Assembly: GCA_017616855.1 (NCBI GenBank)
Contig: JAFZXI010000064.1
Coordinates: 1 to 52,194, forward strand
From: Clostridia bacterium
GTDB lineage: Bacteria; Bacillota; Clostridia; Oscillospirales; RGIG8002
DNA: 52,194 nucleotides
Reading direction: 5' to 3'
The notes under the pieces were generated by a model. The model was not told the origin of the DNA and made no database searches. It saw only the letters and a program-made list of their open reading frames with translations. Each line of letters starts with the position of its first letter. The first letter of the stretch is position 1. Positions 37,320-45,810 of this stretch are shown here, piece after piece. A program made the position numbers and the translations under genes.

Positions 37320-37994
37320 TTATATCCCGTATTTGATTTTGAGGCGTTCGATCTTTTTGCCTATCGGTTTGGCGAGCAGCAGCAGGAATATTACGTTCGA
37401 TACAGCGTAGGTTATCGTGAAGGGGAGTGAAGACGCGATCTTCGTCGCATAGACGCCGAAGTCGAAAACGTTCGTATACCACATCGCCGTGTTGATATCC
37501 ATTATCAGCGAGAATATGACTCCGGCGAGCGCTCCGTAAACGCAGGTGATGATGAGGTTCCTGCGCAGCAGCGGCGCGAGCAGCCCCGCGAAAAGCCCGA
37601 CGAGCCCCCATGCGAGCATCTGGTACGGCGTCCACGGGCCCTGCCCGAAGTAAAAGTTCGATATCAGCGCCGTCATCGCGCCGCAGATGAAGCCGGCTTC
37701 GCCTCCGAAGTACATGGAGAGCAGTATTATTATCGCCGTCACGGGCTTGAATGCGGGGATGACCGCAAACACGAGCCGTCCGACTATAGAGAGCACGCAC
37801 ATTATCGCGATAACGATGAGCTGACGCGCGCTGTTCTCCTTTTTCTCAAACGAGAGGAAAAGCGCCGCGAGCGCGAAAACGACGATTATCAGCGAAAGAT
37901 ACGCGTAGCTTTTATCGGCGAAAACCGTGAAGCCGAGCAGCACGATTATCGGAACGGAGATCAGCAGCAGCGCGATGGAAAGCTTCTTTCTCAT
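37320..37994 (-). CDS. ECF transporter S component (CbrT-like, probably cobalamin)
   Basis: GR..F..IP.FKPVTA, SNFYFGQGPWTPYQM; start moved to 37994 (MRKKLS, AAGGA RBS). Confidence 0.85.
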   Translation of the reverse strand: MRKKLSIALLLISVPIIVLLGFTVFADKSYAYLSLIIVVFALAALFLSFEKKENSARQLIVIAIMCVLSIVGRLVFAVIPAFKPVTAIIILLSMYFGGEAGFICGAMTALISNFYFGQGPWTPYQMLAWGLVGLFAGLLAPLLRRNLIITCVYGALAGVIFSLIMDINTAMWYTNVFDFGVYATKIASSLPFTITYAVSNVIFLLLLAKPIGKKIERLKIKYGI

Positions 37995-39619
37995 TGCGGC
38001 TTCCTTCCGTTTTCGGCGCAGAGTTTCACGACGTTTTCGACAGTTACGGCGCGGTCGTAGTATCCGCGGCTCATGCGGCTCGCGGCGGTCGTGTAGAAGT
38101 TGTTTTCGGAGAAGAAGGTCTCCGGGTCCTCGACCGCGGCGACGGAGCCGTTGAAGAAGAGCGCGCAGCGGTCGGCGCATGCGGCGGCGAATTCGACGTC
38201 GTGCGTGACGAGCAATATGGTGACGCCGTTTTCTTTGAGGTCGCGGAGGATTTTGATTATGCGGCGTTTCGCCGCGGCGTCGATGCCCTTCGTCGGCTCG
38301 TCGAGCAGGAGCAGTCGCGGCTTGAGCAGCAGGATCTTCGCGAGCGCGCAGAGCTGCTGTTCGCCTCCGCTGAGGTCGTACGGGTGCTTTTCGAGGTAAG
38401 GCGAAACGTCAAACGGAAGGGAGGAGAAGTCGTCGCTTATCTCGCTCAGATCGTCCTTGACGGTGTCGCGCAGGAAGACCGTCTGCACGTCCTGCGGCAG
38501 CATGGCGACGCCGTTTTTGTATAGCTCTCCGCCCTTGTAGGCGGAGATTTTTTTGCCGAACACTTCGACTTTGCCGGAATACGCTTTCAGCAGTCCGGCG
38601 GCAACGGAGAGTGCCGTAGTTTTGCCGGATGCGTTGTCGCCGAGGATGCAGAAGATTTCGCCTTTGCGGACGGAGAGGTCCATATCGTTCAGAACGTCCG
38701 GAAGCTCTCTGGCGTAGCGGAAGAAAACGCGGGAGAAGCGAAGTATTTCTTCGCCGGATACGCGTTCGACGGGTGGAAGCGACCTTGTCGCGTTGCCGTA
38801 TCCGCTTTCGATGAAGGCGCGGCCTTCTTTTACCGTCAGCGGCGGTTCGCTGTCGTCGCCGAGCGCTTTGCAGATGCGGACCGCGGAGGGCATCGCGGCT
38901 TCCATCGGGTCGTCGTTCGCCATTCTGGAGGCGACGGCGCGAGGCGTGTCGTATGCGGCTATCCTGCCGTCTTTAAGTTGTATCGCCTTGTCGGCGACGA
39001 GGAAAAGGTCCTCGAGGCGATGCTCGGAAATGATTATCGTCAGCGAAAGCTCGCGGTTGAGCTTCGCGAGCGTCGCGATAAATTCGGAGGCGGCGATCGG
39101 GTCGAGCTGGCTCGTCGGCTCGTCGAGCAGCAGCAACTTCGGCTGCGTCACCATGACGGAGGCGAGGTTGAGCAGCTGCTTCTGTCCGCCGGAAAGCTCG
39201 GAAACGTCGCGCAGGAACCAGTTGCCGATGCCGAAGTAGCTCGCCATCTCGCTTATCCTGCGGTTGACTGCGCTTTTTGAAACGCCGGCGCTTTCGAGTC
39301 CGAACGCGAGCTCGTGCCAGACCTTGTCGGTCACAATCTGCGTTTCCGGTTTTTGCATGACGAAGCCGATTTCGCCCGCGGAGGTGCGGGCGTCCAGCTC
39401 GGAAAGCTCGGTCCCGCAGAATGTGACGCTGCCGGACTTTTCGCCCGCGGGCGAAAGCTCGCGCTTCAGCATGCGCAGGAGTGTTGTTTTTCCGCAACCG
39501 GTCTCGCCGAAGAGTACGACGAAGTCGCCGGCGTTTACCTTGAATGAAACGTCGGAAAGCGCGTTACGGTCGCTGTTCGGATATTTGAAGGTCAGATTGC
39601 GGACGTCAAGTATTTCCAT
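37991..39619 (-). CDS. ECF transporter tandem ATPase (A-A' fusion)
   Basis: Two NBDs: GETGCGKT/LSGGQKQ/LDEPT/SEH and GDNASGKT/LSGGEQQ/LDEPT/VTHD; start moved to 39619 (GGAGAGG RBS). Confidence 0.92.
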   Translation of the reverse strand: MEILDVRNLTFKYPNSDRNALSDVSFKVNAGDFVVLFGETGCGKTTLLRMLKRELSPAGEKSGSVTFCGTELSELDARTSAGEIGFVMQKPETQIVTDKVWHELAFGLESAGVSKSAVNRRISEMASYFGIGNWFLRDVSELSGGQKQLLNLASVMVTQPKLLLLDEPTSQLDPIAASEFIATLAKLNRELSLTIIISEHRLEDLFLVADKAIQLKDGRIAAYDTPRAVASRMANDDPMEAAMPSAVRICKALGDDSEPPLTVKEGRAFIESGYGNATRSLPPVERVSGEEILRFSRVFFRYARELPDVLNDMDLSVRKGEIFCILGDNASGKTTALSVAAGLLKAYSGKVEVFGKKISAYKGGELYKNGVAMLPQDVQTVFLRDTVKDDLSEISDDFSSLPFDVSPYLEKHPYDLSGGEQQLCALAKILLLKPRLLLLDEPTKGIDAAAKRRIIKILRDLKENGVTILLVTHDVEFAAACADRCALFFNGSVAAVEDPETFFSENNFYTTAASRMSRGYYDRAVTVENVVKLCAENGRKPQ

Positions 39620-40470
39620 TTTATCCTCTCCTTCAGTTCGAGCAGGGCGGGGAGCAGCGCGAGCGCTCCGTAGAATACGTAGCAAAGAATAATCAGCGGC
39701 GACGCCGTCGGCAGCACGATGTTGGGGTAGAACTCCATCGAAAGTCCGCCGACCGCAGCGAAGGTTATCGCTCCTGCGGCGAGCATGGCGGCGATGACCG
39801 TGAAAACGACGTCGGAAACGTGGTATTTGAAGAGTGAAAACGGCTTGCGGTGTTTCAATCCGTAGCCGCGCGCTTTCATCGAGTCCGCGGTGTCTATCGA
39901 GTTCTCGAGCGACCAGGTCGTGAGAATCGAAAAGACGCGGGCTGAGCCCTTCAGCTTGTCGGTGATATTGTCGGCGGAATAGAGCCCCATCGCTTTCTGG
40001 GCGTTTCTTATTTTCGCGCTTTGCTGCTTGAAAAGCGGGATATAGCGCAGGGCGGTGCAGAGTATGAGCGAAGATTTCGGCAGTACGCTTCCTGTCAGAT
40101 AAAGCAGTTTTTCGCCGGTCATTACGAGCGAAAACGAACGGAACCATATGATGATTCCGACTATCATTATTGCGGAGACGGCGCCGTAGATTATCGCTTC
40201 GAGCGTTACGGGCTTGTTGTTGATGAAGAAAAGCTCGGTTTCGCCGTGGTGCGATATGAGTGGGTTTATGAGCGTAATGCCGAAGAAAAGGATGATATAA
40301 AGCCATATTCCGCTCTTTTCGCCGCTCTTTTTAACACAGATAAGGCAAAGCACCGAACCGGCAAGAGAAAACGCGAGAATGACGGGGTCGAGCACGAACA
40401 TCGGGAGCAGGATGACGGTTATAAAATACAGCATGAGCGCGGAAGGATGGAGGCGTTTTATGTCAGTCAT
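39592..40470 (-). CDS. ECF transporter T component
   Basis: TM helices, LRYIP, AQKAMG, TADSMKARGY. Confidence 0.9.
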   Translation of the reverse strand: MTDIKRLHPSALMLYFITVILLPMFVLDPVILAFSLAGSVLCLICVKKSGEKSGIWLYIILFFGITLINPLISHHGETELFFINNKPVTLEAIIYGAVSAIMIVGIIIWFRSFSLVMTGEKLLYLTGSVLPKSSLILCTALRYIPLFKQQSAKIRNAQKAMGLYSADNITDKLKGSARVFSILTTWSLENSIDTADSMKARGYGLKHRKPFSLFKYHVSDVVFTVIAAMLAAGAITFAAVGGLSMEFYPNIVLPTASPLIILCYVFYGALALLPALLELKERIKWKYLTSAI

Positions 40471-42253
40471 CGGTTTCCGCGTCCTTTCCGAGATCGAGGG
40501 TATAGACCCATTCGATAATGTCGCCGTCCTTTATGTCGTAGCTTCCGCAGCCGACGTCGGGCGTGTATTTATTGACTCTGTATATCCAGCCGGAAAGCGC
40601 GCCGTACTGCATTTCCGTGTAGCCGCCTATCGAACTGACGTAGACGGAAATCAGTCCGCCGGAGCCGGTGTAGCTGATTTTAATCTGGTTCGCTCGGGTA
40701 ACGGCGAGAAGCGCGTCGAATACGGTGTCGCCGTCTTTTATCACGTAATGCGTCGGCCTGAGGATGTATCCGTCCTCGGGGTAATCCTCGGCGACGCCTT
40801 CGAGGACGCGGCAGCTGATGCTTATCGTTACGGCGCTGTCGCCGTCGCTTGCGCTGTCGAGGTTGACGTTGTAATAATCCTTGACGGAGGTGAAGTTGAA
40901 GAATAGCGTTCCGCAAATCAGCATTATCGCGCCGATTGCGATCGGTATGATGTTTTTCAGCGTTGCCTGTTGGCGCACGCGCAAATAGACGCACGCGAAC
41001 GCGAACATCAGCACGATACCGCCGCAGACGTAATACTTATAGGAAATGCCTTTGGAGGCGGCTTCGTTTTCGAGAGCGGATGATGAATCGTCGGAAGAAT
41101 AACTTTCAGCCGACGAGGAGGCGACGCTAGTGTCGGATGAAGAATCAGCATAAGAACTCTCCGATGAATCCGAAGAATCAGACGACGTTTCCTCTGTTGA
41201 TAAGCTGCTGTTTTCGGGAGGTAGGGAAGAGCTGTCTTCTTCTGTGTTTTCGGGAGGCGTAACGACAGGCGGCTCGACTTGAGTGCCGCCGGACGTCCTG
41301 AATTTGTAGAAGGAGGTTTTTCCGGCGGAGAAGCGCTCCGCTGCGGTTAACGCACATGCGGCCTGATAGGTGGCGATGGCGTTTTTGACTCCGCCTTTAA
41401 CGTGGCAGTACGTGCCGTCAGAGGTTTGGTACTGACCGAGCGCGTCGTAAAGCGTGTGCCCGTTCTTAATGAAGCGGCCGTCGGATACCGGGTCGATACC
41501 GAGCGACGTCAGCGCGATAATGACCTGTGCGGTGCTTTCGCATGTAGGCATCGGCGGTCTGCCCATTCCTTTGTAATCGCCGTCCTCCGTTTGCCTTGAG
41601 GAAAGAAACGCGAGCGCTTTGTCTATCGCGGCGGCAACGTCAGCTTCGTTATTGTACGGAGCGAGCGCCTGAAGCGTCATGGCGGTGATGTCGATATCGG
41701 AGGAAGAAAACCCTTCGAGCGCCCAACCCTGCATATTGCCGTTTGAATCGGAAAGCTGATGTGCAAGGATATAGTCAATCAAAGAGCGGCGCGTGTTTGT
41801 TTTGCTTTCGTATCCGGCGCAGTCGAGCAGGATAAGCCCGAATATAACGTCGTTTATGTTTTCGCTGACTTTTTCTTCAAGCACCGAATAGACGAAGTCG
41901 TTGTCAACTCCGGATACCGCAAATGCGAGAGCGACGCGCTCTTTTTGAATGTGAGGGAGCGAGCTGCCGTTTGAGGCGACGAAGGTGTTAAGATACGATA
42001 GATACTTATCGCCGTTGATGGAGGGGTCGTGGCGCTTGATGCTGATATAAAGCCAATCGGAATTGCTCGTTCCCGCTTCGGGCGCGACAACATTGTCGAC
42101 GTATCCCTGCAGCGAGCCGCCCTCCGAAGCGAATGCGGAAAACAGCTTTGAAGACTGCGGGGAATACGCGCTTGAGGGTATGGCAATGCCTGCCGCGACA
42201 GCAAGTATCAGCAGCAGGCATGCTATACATTTTTTGAAAAACGTCTTATTCAA
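40463..42253 (-). CDS. Prenyltransferase/squalene-cyclase-repeat domain + Ser-rich linker + 2 TM + DUF4430 domain protein
   Basis: DIDITAMTLQALAPY, ESTAQVIIAL..LGIDP, ATYQA; C-terminal SGWIYRVN...VGCGSY.IKDGD.IEWVYT.DLG.D. Confidence 0.85.
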   Translation of the reverse strand: MNKTFFKKCIACLLLILAVAAGIAIPSSAYSPQSSKLFSAFASEGGSLQGYVDNVVAPEAGTSNSDWLYISIKRHDPSINGDKYLSYLNTFVASNGSSLPHIQKERVALAFAVSGVDNDFVYSVLEEKVSENINDVIFGLILLDCAGYESKTNTRRSLIDYILAHQLSDSNGNMQGWALEGFSSSDIDITAMTLQALAPYNNEADVAAAIDKALAFLSSRQTEDGDYKGMGRPPMPTCESTAQVIIALTSLGIDPVSDGRFIKNGHTLYDALGQYQTSDGTYCHVKGGVKNAIATYQAACALTAAERFSAGKTSFYKFRTSGGTQVEPPVVTPPENTEEDSSSLPPENSSLSTEETSSDSSDSSESSYADSSSDTSVASSSAESYSSDDSSSALENEAASKGISYKYYVCGGIVLMFAFACVYLRVRQQATLKNIIPIAIGAIMLICGTLFFNFTSVKDYYNVNLDSASDGDSAVTISISCRVLEGVAEDYPEDGYILRPTHYVIKDGDTVFDALLAVTRANQIKISYTGSGGLISVYVSSIGGYTEMQYGALSGWIYRVNKYTPDVGCGSYDIKDGDIIEWVYTLDLGKDAETDD

Positions 42254-42281
42254 CTTAACCTCCGGGAGGTTATTTTATGAC

Positions 42282-43907
42282 TTAGATGATATCACCGTGC
42301 ATAACGCCGGACTGACCGGCATCGAGATATTCTGTGCCGGGTTCTTCGCCGCCTGGAGCGGGAATGAGCTTCGCGGCAATGCGCAGGACGTAAAGCGCGT
42401 CGGCGACTGTGATTTCGCCGTCGTTGTCCATATCGCAAATCGCAAGTGCTTCATCAGTTACGGGCACGAGTTTTGCCGCAATGCGGAGGACTGCGAGGGC
42501 GTCGGATACGGTGATTTCGTGGTCATAATCCATATCGCCGATCATGTCGCGTACTTCGGGGAGCTCGACGGTGAAGTCCGGCGCAAAACGCAGCACGAGC
42601 GGCAGGCCGTTTTCTGCTTTTTTGTCGATGGCGACAGTGTGCGCGACTGCGGTAAGCAGATCACGGCTGAGCTTAATCTCGCCATTTTCGTCGGTTACGA
42701 ACTCATGTCCGTCGAAGAGAACGGTCATGCCGACAACGGGATTGGTCGTGACGACCGGGCTCCAGTCTTCGCCATAGGTCGTATCGTTGCTGACGAATCT
42801 GATTATATGCTTGTTAATATCGGTAATGTCGATTTCGGGATACTGCATTCCGACGCCGTAGGGATCGCCGAAGTAGAAGAGGATTTCGTCGCCTTCTTTG
42901 AGGAAGGTTTCGTTTATTCCGACTCCGGGTTCTTCGCCGTTGACGGTGTAAAGCCAGCCGTCCCAACCGCCGAACGTTCCGGCGGCATCGCCGTTAATGC
43001 TCGAGATATAGGGGCTTGCGCCTTCTGCTCCGATAACAGTGAGGGCGTCGCTGTGCTCGTCAGCGTAGATAATGAAATCCTGAACGGAGAGCTGCTCGCC
43101 GGTATAAGCCACCGTGACATCGTCATAGAAGAGATTTGAGTTGATGCCCTCGATGCGGAGTTTAACCGTCATTTCCGAAGTGGCTGCGGGAAGCTCGGGA
43201 ATTTCTATCTCGGCGTCGGGAGCGAAACGGAGCACAAGCGGCAGGCCGCTTTCGGCTTTTTTGTCAATGGAGATCGCGTATTTACCTGCGGGCAGGAGTT
43301 CGTTATCGAAAACTATCTTGCCTTCTTCGTCGGTGGTGAAGGTGGCTTCTCCGATGACGACCGTCATACCGACGACGGGATTGGTCGTGACGACCGGGGT
43401 CCAGTCTTCGCCATAGGTCGTATCGTTGCTGACAAAGCGGATAACTCCGCTGTCAATATCATCTGTGTCTGCAACGGGGTACTGCATTCCGACTCCGTAG
43501 GGATCGCCGAAGTAGAAGACAACGTTGTCGCCTTCGGAAAGGTTGTAGCCGTTTACGCCGACCGGGGGTTCTTCGCCGTTGACGGTATAGAGCCAGCCGG
43601 AGTATGCGCCGAGCGTTCCGGCAACGTCACCGTTTATGTCGGTAATATAAGGGTTGCTGCCGGTCGCGCCGACGACTGTTATCGTGTCGCTGTTGTTGTC
43701 GGCGTATATGATCAGATCCTGAACGGTAAGATTTGCTGAGGAATACTGAACGGTCAGCGTTTCATAATAATAATTCTGCGATACGCCTTCGATGCGAAGG
43801 GTAACGGTCATCTGATGCTGCGCTCCGGCGAATACTGCCATCGGAAGCGCCGCGGTCACGAGCGCGAACGCGAGAATGACCGCCAGAAGCTTTTTGACGT
43901 GTTTCAT
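42282..43907 (-). CDS. Secreted tandem DUF4430-repeat protein with C-terminal type I dockerin
   Basis: Signal peptide; two ~213-aa repeats (LRIEG...GWLYTVNGEEP.VG...GD...FYFGDP); GDMDYDHEITVSDAL...DMDNDGEITVADAL; start 43907 (GGAGG). Confidence 0.85.
   Translation of the reverse strand: MKHVKKLLAVILAFALVTAALPMAVFAGAQHQMTVTLRIEGVSQNYYYETLTVQYSSANLTVQDLIIYADNNSDTITVVGATGSNPYITDINGDVAGTLGAYSGWLYTVNGEEPPVGVNGYNLSEGDNVVFYFGDPYGVGMQYPVADTDDIDSGVIRFVSNDTTYGEDWTPVVTTNPVVGMTVVIGEATFTTDEEGKIVFDNELLPAGKYAISIDKKAESGLPLVLRFAPDAEIEIPELPAATSEMTVKLRIEGINSNLFYDDVTVAYTGEQLSVQDFIIYADEHSDALTVIGAEGASPYISSINGDAAGTFGGWDGWLYTVNGEEPGVGINETFLKEGDEILFYFGDPYGVGMQYPEIDITDINKHIIRFVSNDTTYGEDWSPVVTTNPVVGMTVLFDGHEFVTDENGEIKLSRDLLTAVAHTVAIDKKAENGLPLVLRFAPDFTVELPEVRDMIGDMDYDHEITVSDALAVLRIAAKLVPVTDEALAICDMDNDGEITVADALYVLRIAAKLIPAPGGEEPGTEYLDAGQSGVMHGDII
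42736..43433. repeat. Intragenic direct repeat with a 639-bp period
   Basis: 59-nt blocks 42736-42794 and 43375-43433 differ at one position; protein repeats share the same period. Confidence 0.9.
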
Positions 43908-43920
43908 AATATTACCTCCA

Positions 43921-43956
43921 ATAAAAATGCCTTTCCCGCTAAAGGGCGAGAAAGGC
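43921..43956 (-). terminator. Leader terminator (riboswitch expression platform)
   Basis: Minus strand GCCTTTCTCGC/GCGGGAAAGGC stem, then ATTTTTATT, directly before the RBS. Confidence 0.7.
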
Positions 43957-44044
43957 GCATAACAAAACAAACCGACATAAAGCCGGCGTTCAGTCCGCGC
44001 TTTTCATTACCCAAAAGCGTTCTCCGTGATAGCGGAGCCGAACT

Positions 44045-44139
44045 TTCTTCCGGTAGGCGACCCGACTTGTGACGTTTTGTCAGATACGGTAATGGCTGTT
44101 GCGGCGGATTCTCACCGCGCTTCTCCCGGGCCGGAAGAA
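44045..44139 (-). ncRNA. Cobalamin riboswitch aptamer (compact variant)
   Basis: Closing helix TTCTTCCGG/CCGGAAGAA; GGGAGAAG-CGCGGTGAGAATCCGCCG-CAACAGCCATTACCGTA...AAGTCGG core; leads a DUF4430/ECF operon. Confidence 0.8.
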
Positions 44140-44213
44140 CTATTCACATCGTTTGCATTATATCAATAAAACGGATGGTTTTATATGACGATTATTACTA
44201 TTTATATAAAAAT

Positions 44214-45050
44214 CTACTTATTCGGCGCGCCGCCAGAAACTGCGTTTCCGATGCGTTCTCCCATGACGACGGGGAACTCCTTGCCGCTGCCTGGTTCGAA
44301 TCTTCCTTCGACGTCTGCGGCGCCTTTTTCGAGCAGCAGAATGACAGTGCTTCCGCCGTAAAGGAAACGTCCCTTTTCTTCGCCGCGCTTGAAGGCGTGC
44401 TCTTCGTGGTAGTTGTCTATCTTTCCGACGAGCATCGCGCCGACTTCAATCTGAACGGCGTCGCCGAAGTTTTCGGTGTGCAAAACGGTGTATTCGCGGC
44501 AGTTTTCGACAAATACGGGCAAGCTTTCGAGCGCGGTCGGTCTTACGGTGTGCAGAAAACCGGGGATAAACACGTTCTTATCCTTGCGCCCGCCGTCAAA
44601 ATAGCAATACCTGTGGTAGTTGTCGACACAAAGGCGGAAGACAAGGCAGAGTCCGTCGTTATAGCGTTTCGCGAGTTCTTCGTCGTGCAGCAGGGAAGCT
44701 ACGGTATAGCTGCTTTGCTTTACCGGCAGTACGGTATCGCCGGAAATGCGATAGGCAGTCAACAATCCGTCGCAGGGAGAAATAAGAGCCGAGGGATCGG
44801 TGTCTATCGGGCGGTACCCCTCGCGTATCTGCCGGCAGAAACAGTCGTTAAAGCATTTGAAGTCATCGGCATAGTACTGCGATAGATCAATATTATTTTT
44901 TTTGACGAACTTTTTAATCAGGTGCTTCGAGCAGCGCGAGTTCAGATAACTCCCGCAAAGACGCGAAAGCCATCTGCGCTTGATGACTTTCAAGCACAGA
45001 CGGCCAAACGGATTATAATAAAGAAATCTGACGGATGCGCTTTCGCTCAT
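44214..45050 (-). CDS. psd: Phosphatidylserine decarboxylase proenzyme
   Basis: FNDCFCR, SPCDG, RL...NYHR, VGAMLVG, F.YGGST self-cleavage motif. Confidence 0.92.
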   Translation of the reverse strand: MSESASVRFLYYNPFGRLCLKVIKRRWLSRLCGSYLNSRCSKHLIKKFVKKNNIDLSQYYADDFKCFNDCFCRQIREGYRPIDTDPSALISPCDGLLTAYRISGDTVLPVKQSSYTVASLLHDEELAKRYNDGLCLVFRLCVDNYHRYCYFDGGRKDKNVFIPGFLHTVRPTALESLPVFVENCREYTVLHTENFGDAVQIEVGAMLVGKIDNYHEEHAFKRGEEKGRFLYGGSTVILLLEKGAADVEGRFEPGSGKEFPVVMGERIGNAVSGGAPNK

Positions 45051-45063
45051 TATCTTTCGCCTT

Positions 45064-45810
45064 CTAATAAATTATAAGCAGAAGTGCTATAGCTATAAAC
45101 TCGATTATCCCTACGCCTACCATTATCAGCACTCCGCGCATAGTCGGCTTTTTGAAACTGAACTTTGCGAGGAAAAGGTAACCAGTTATCAACATCGTTA
45201 CAAAATAAAGAGGAGTGACGTCTATCTGCACGGTCAGCCCGAGAACGTATCTGAGAAGCAAAACCGTCGGGAAAATCAGCGCCGAGGAGGTTACCGGCAG
45301 GCCGGTATACATCATGGGCGACGCGGGGTTGTTTTGTACGCGTTCTTCTTCGGTCACGTTGAAGTAGGCGAGTCTTATCAGCGCCGCGAGAGAGAAGAGC
45401 ACGAGTATCGCAATCAGCGCAACTTTCAAAACAATATAATACCAGGCGATGTCGCCGAACAGCTCCTTGAATATGGCCGGAGGAGTTACTTCGGACGCTC
45501 TGGGGAATATCTGCGAAAACAGCGGGGAAGTGTTGAGCGCGGCATAGCCGATACAGGCGGGGAGTACGCCGAACGCGACTACGTCGGAAAGGGAATCGAT
45601 TTGTATGCCGAACTTGCGTCCGTGGTCGGTGCGGTCTTTTTTGGTTCTTGCGACCTTGCCGTCAAAGGCATCGCAGAGTCCGCAGAACAGCAGGAAAAAC
45701 GCGCCTATATAAGGGTGCCCGTTACCGGTAAGCGCAATTATCGAGCCGAGGGTGGCGGAGGCCAATGACAGATATGTAAGAATTACGGTATAATCAAATA
45801 TTCCTATCAT
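45064..45810 (-). CDS. pssA: CDP-diacylglycerol--serine O-phosphatidyltransferase
   Basis: DAFDGKVAR...G.QIDSLSDVVAFG, RLAYFN, GLP; adjacent to psd. Confidence 0.88.
   Translation of the reverse strand: MIGIFDYTVILTYLSLASATLGSIIALTGNGHPYIGAFFLLFCGLCDAFDGKVARTKKDRTDHGRKFGIQIDSLSDVVAFGVLPACIGYAALNTSPLFSQIFPRASEVTPPAIFKELFGDIAWYYIVLKVALIAILVLFSLAALIRLAYFNVTEEERVQNNPASPMMYTGLPVTSSALIFPTVLLLRYVLGLTVQIDVTPLYFVTMLITGYLFLAKFSFKKPTMRGVLIMVGVGIIEFIAIALLLIIY

Noticed and set aside
39620-40306. 228-aa N-terminal extension of the ECF ATPase, or a T-A frameshift fusion
   Set aside because: Arg-rich off-frame reading of ecfT; a good RBS precedes ATG 39619 and no slippery site was identified
40463-42253. 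Terpene cyclase or prenyltransferase enzyme
   Set aside because: Secreted topology, DUF4430 fusion and B12-riboswitch context favour a binding scaffold; no convincing cyclase active-site context
42063-43139. 358-aa plus-strand ORF
   Set aside because: Antisense shadow of the DUF4430-dockerin gene
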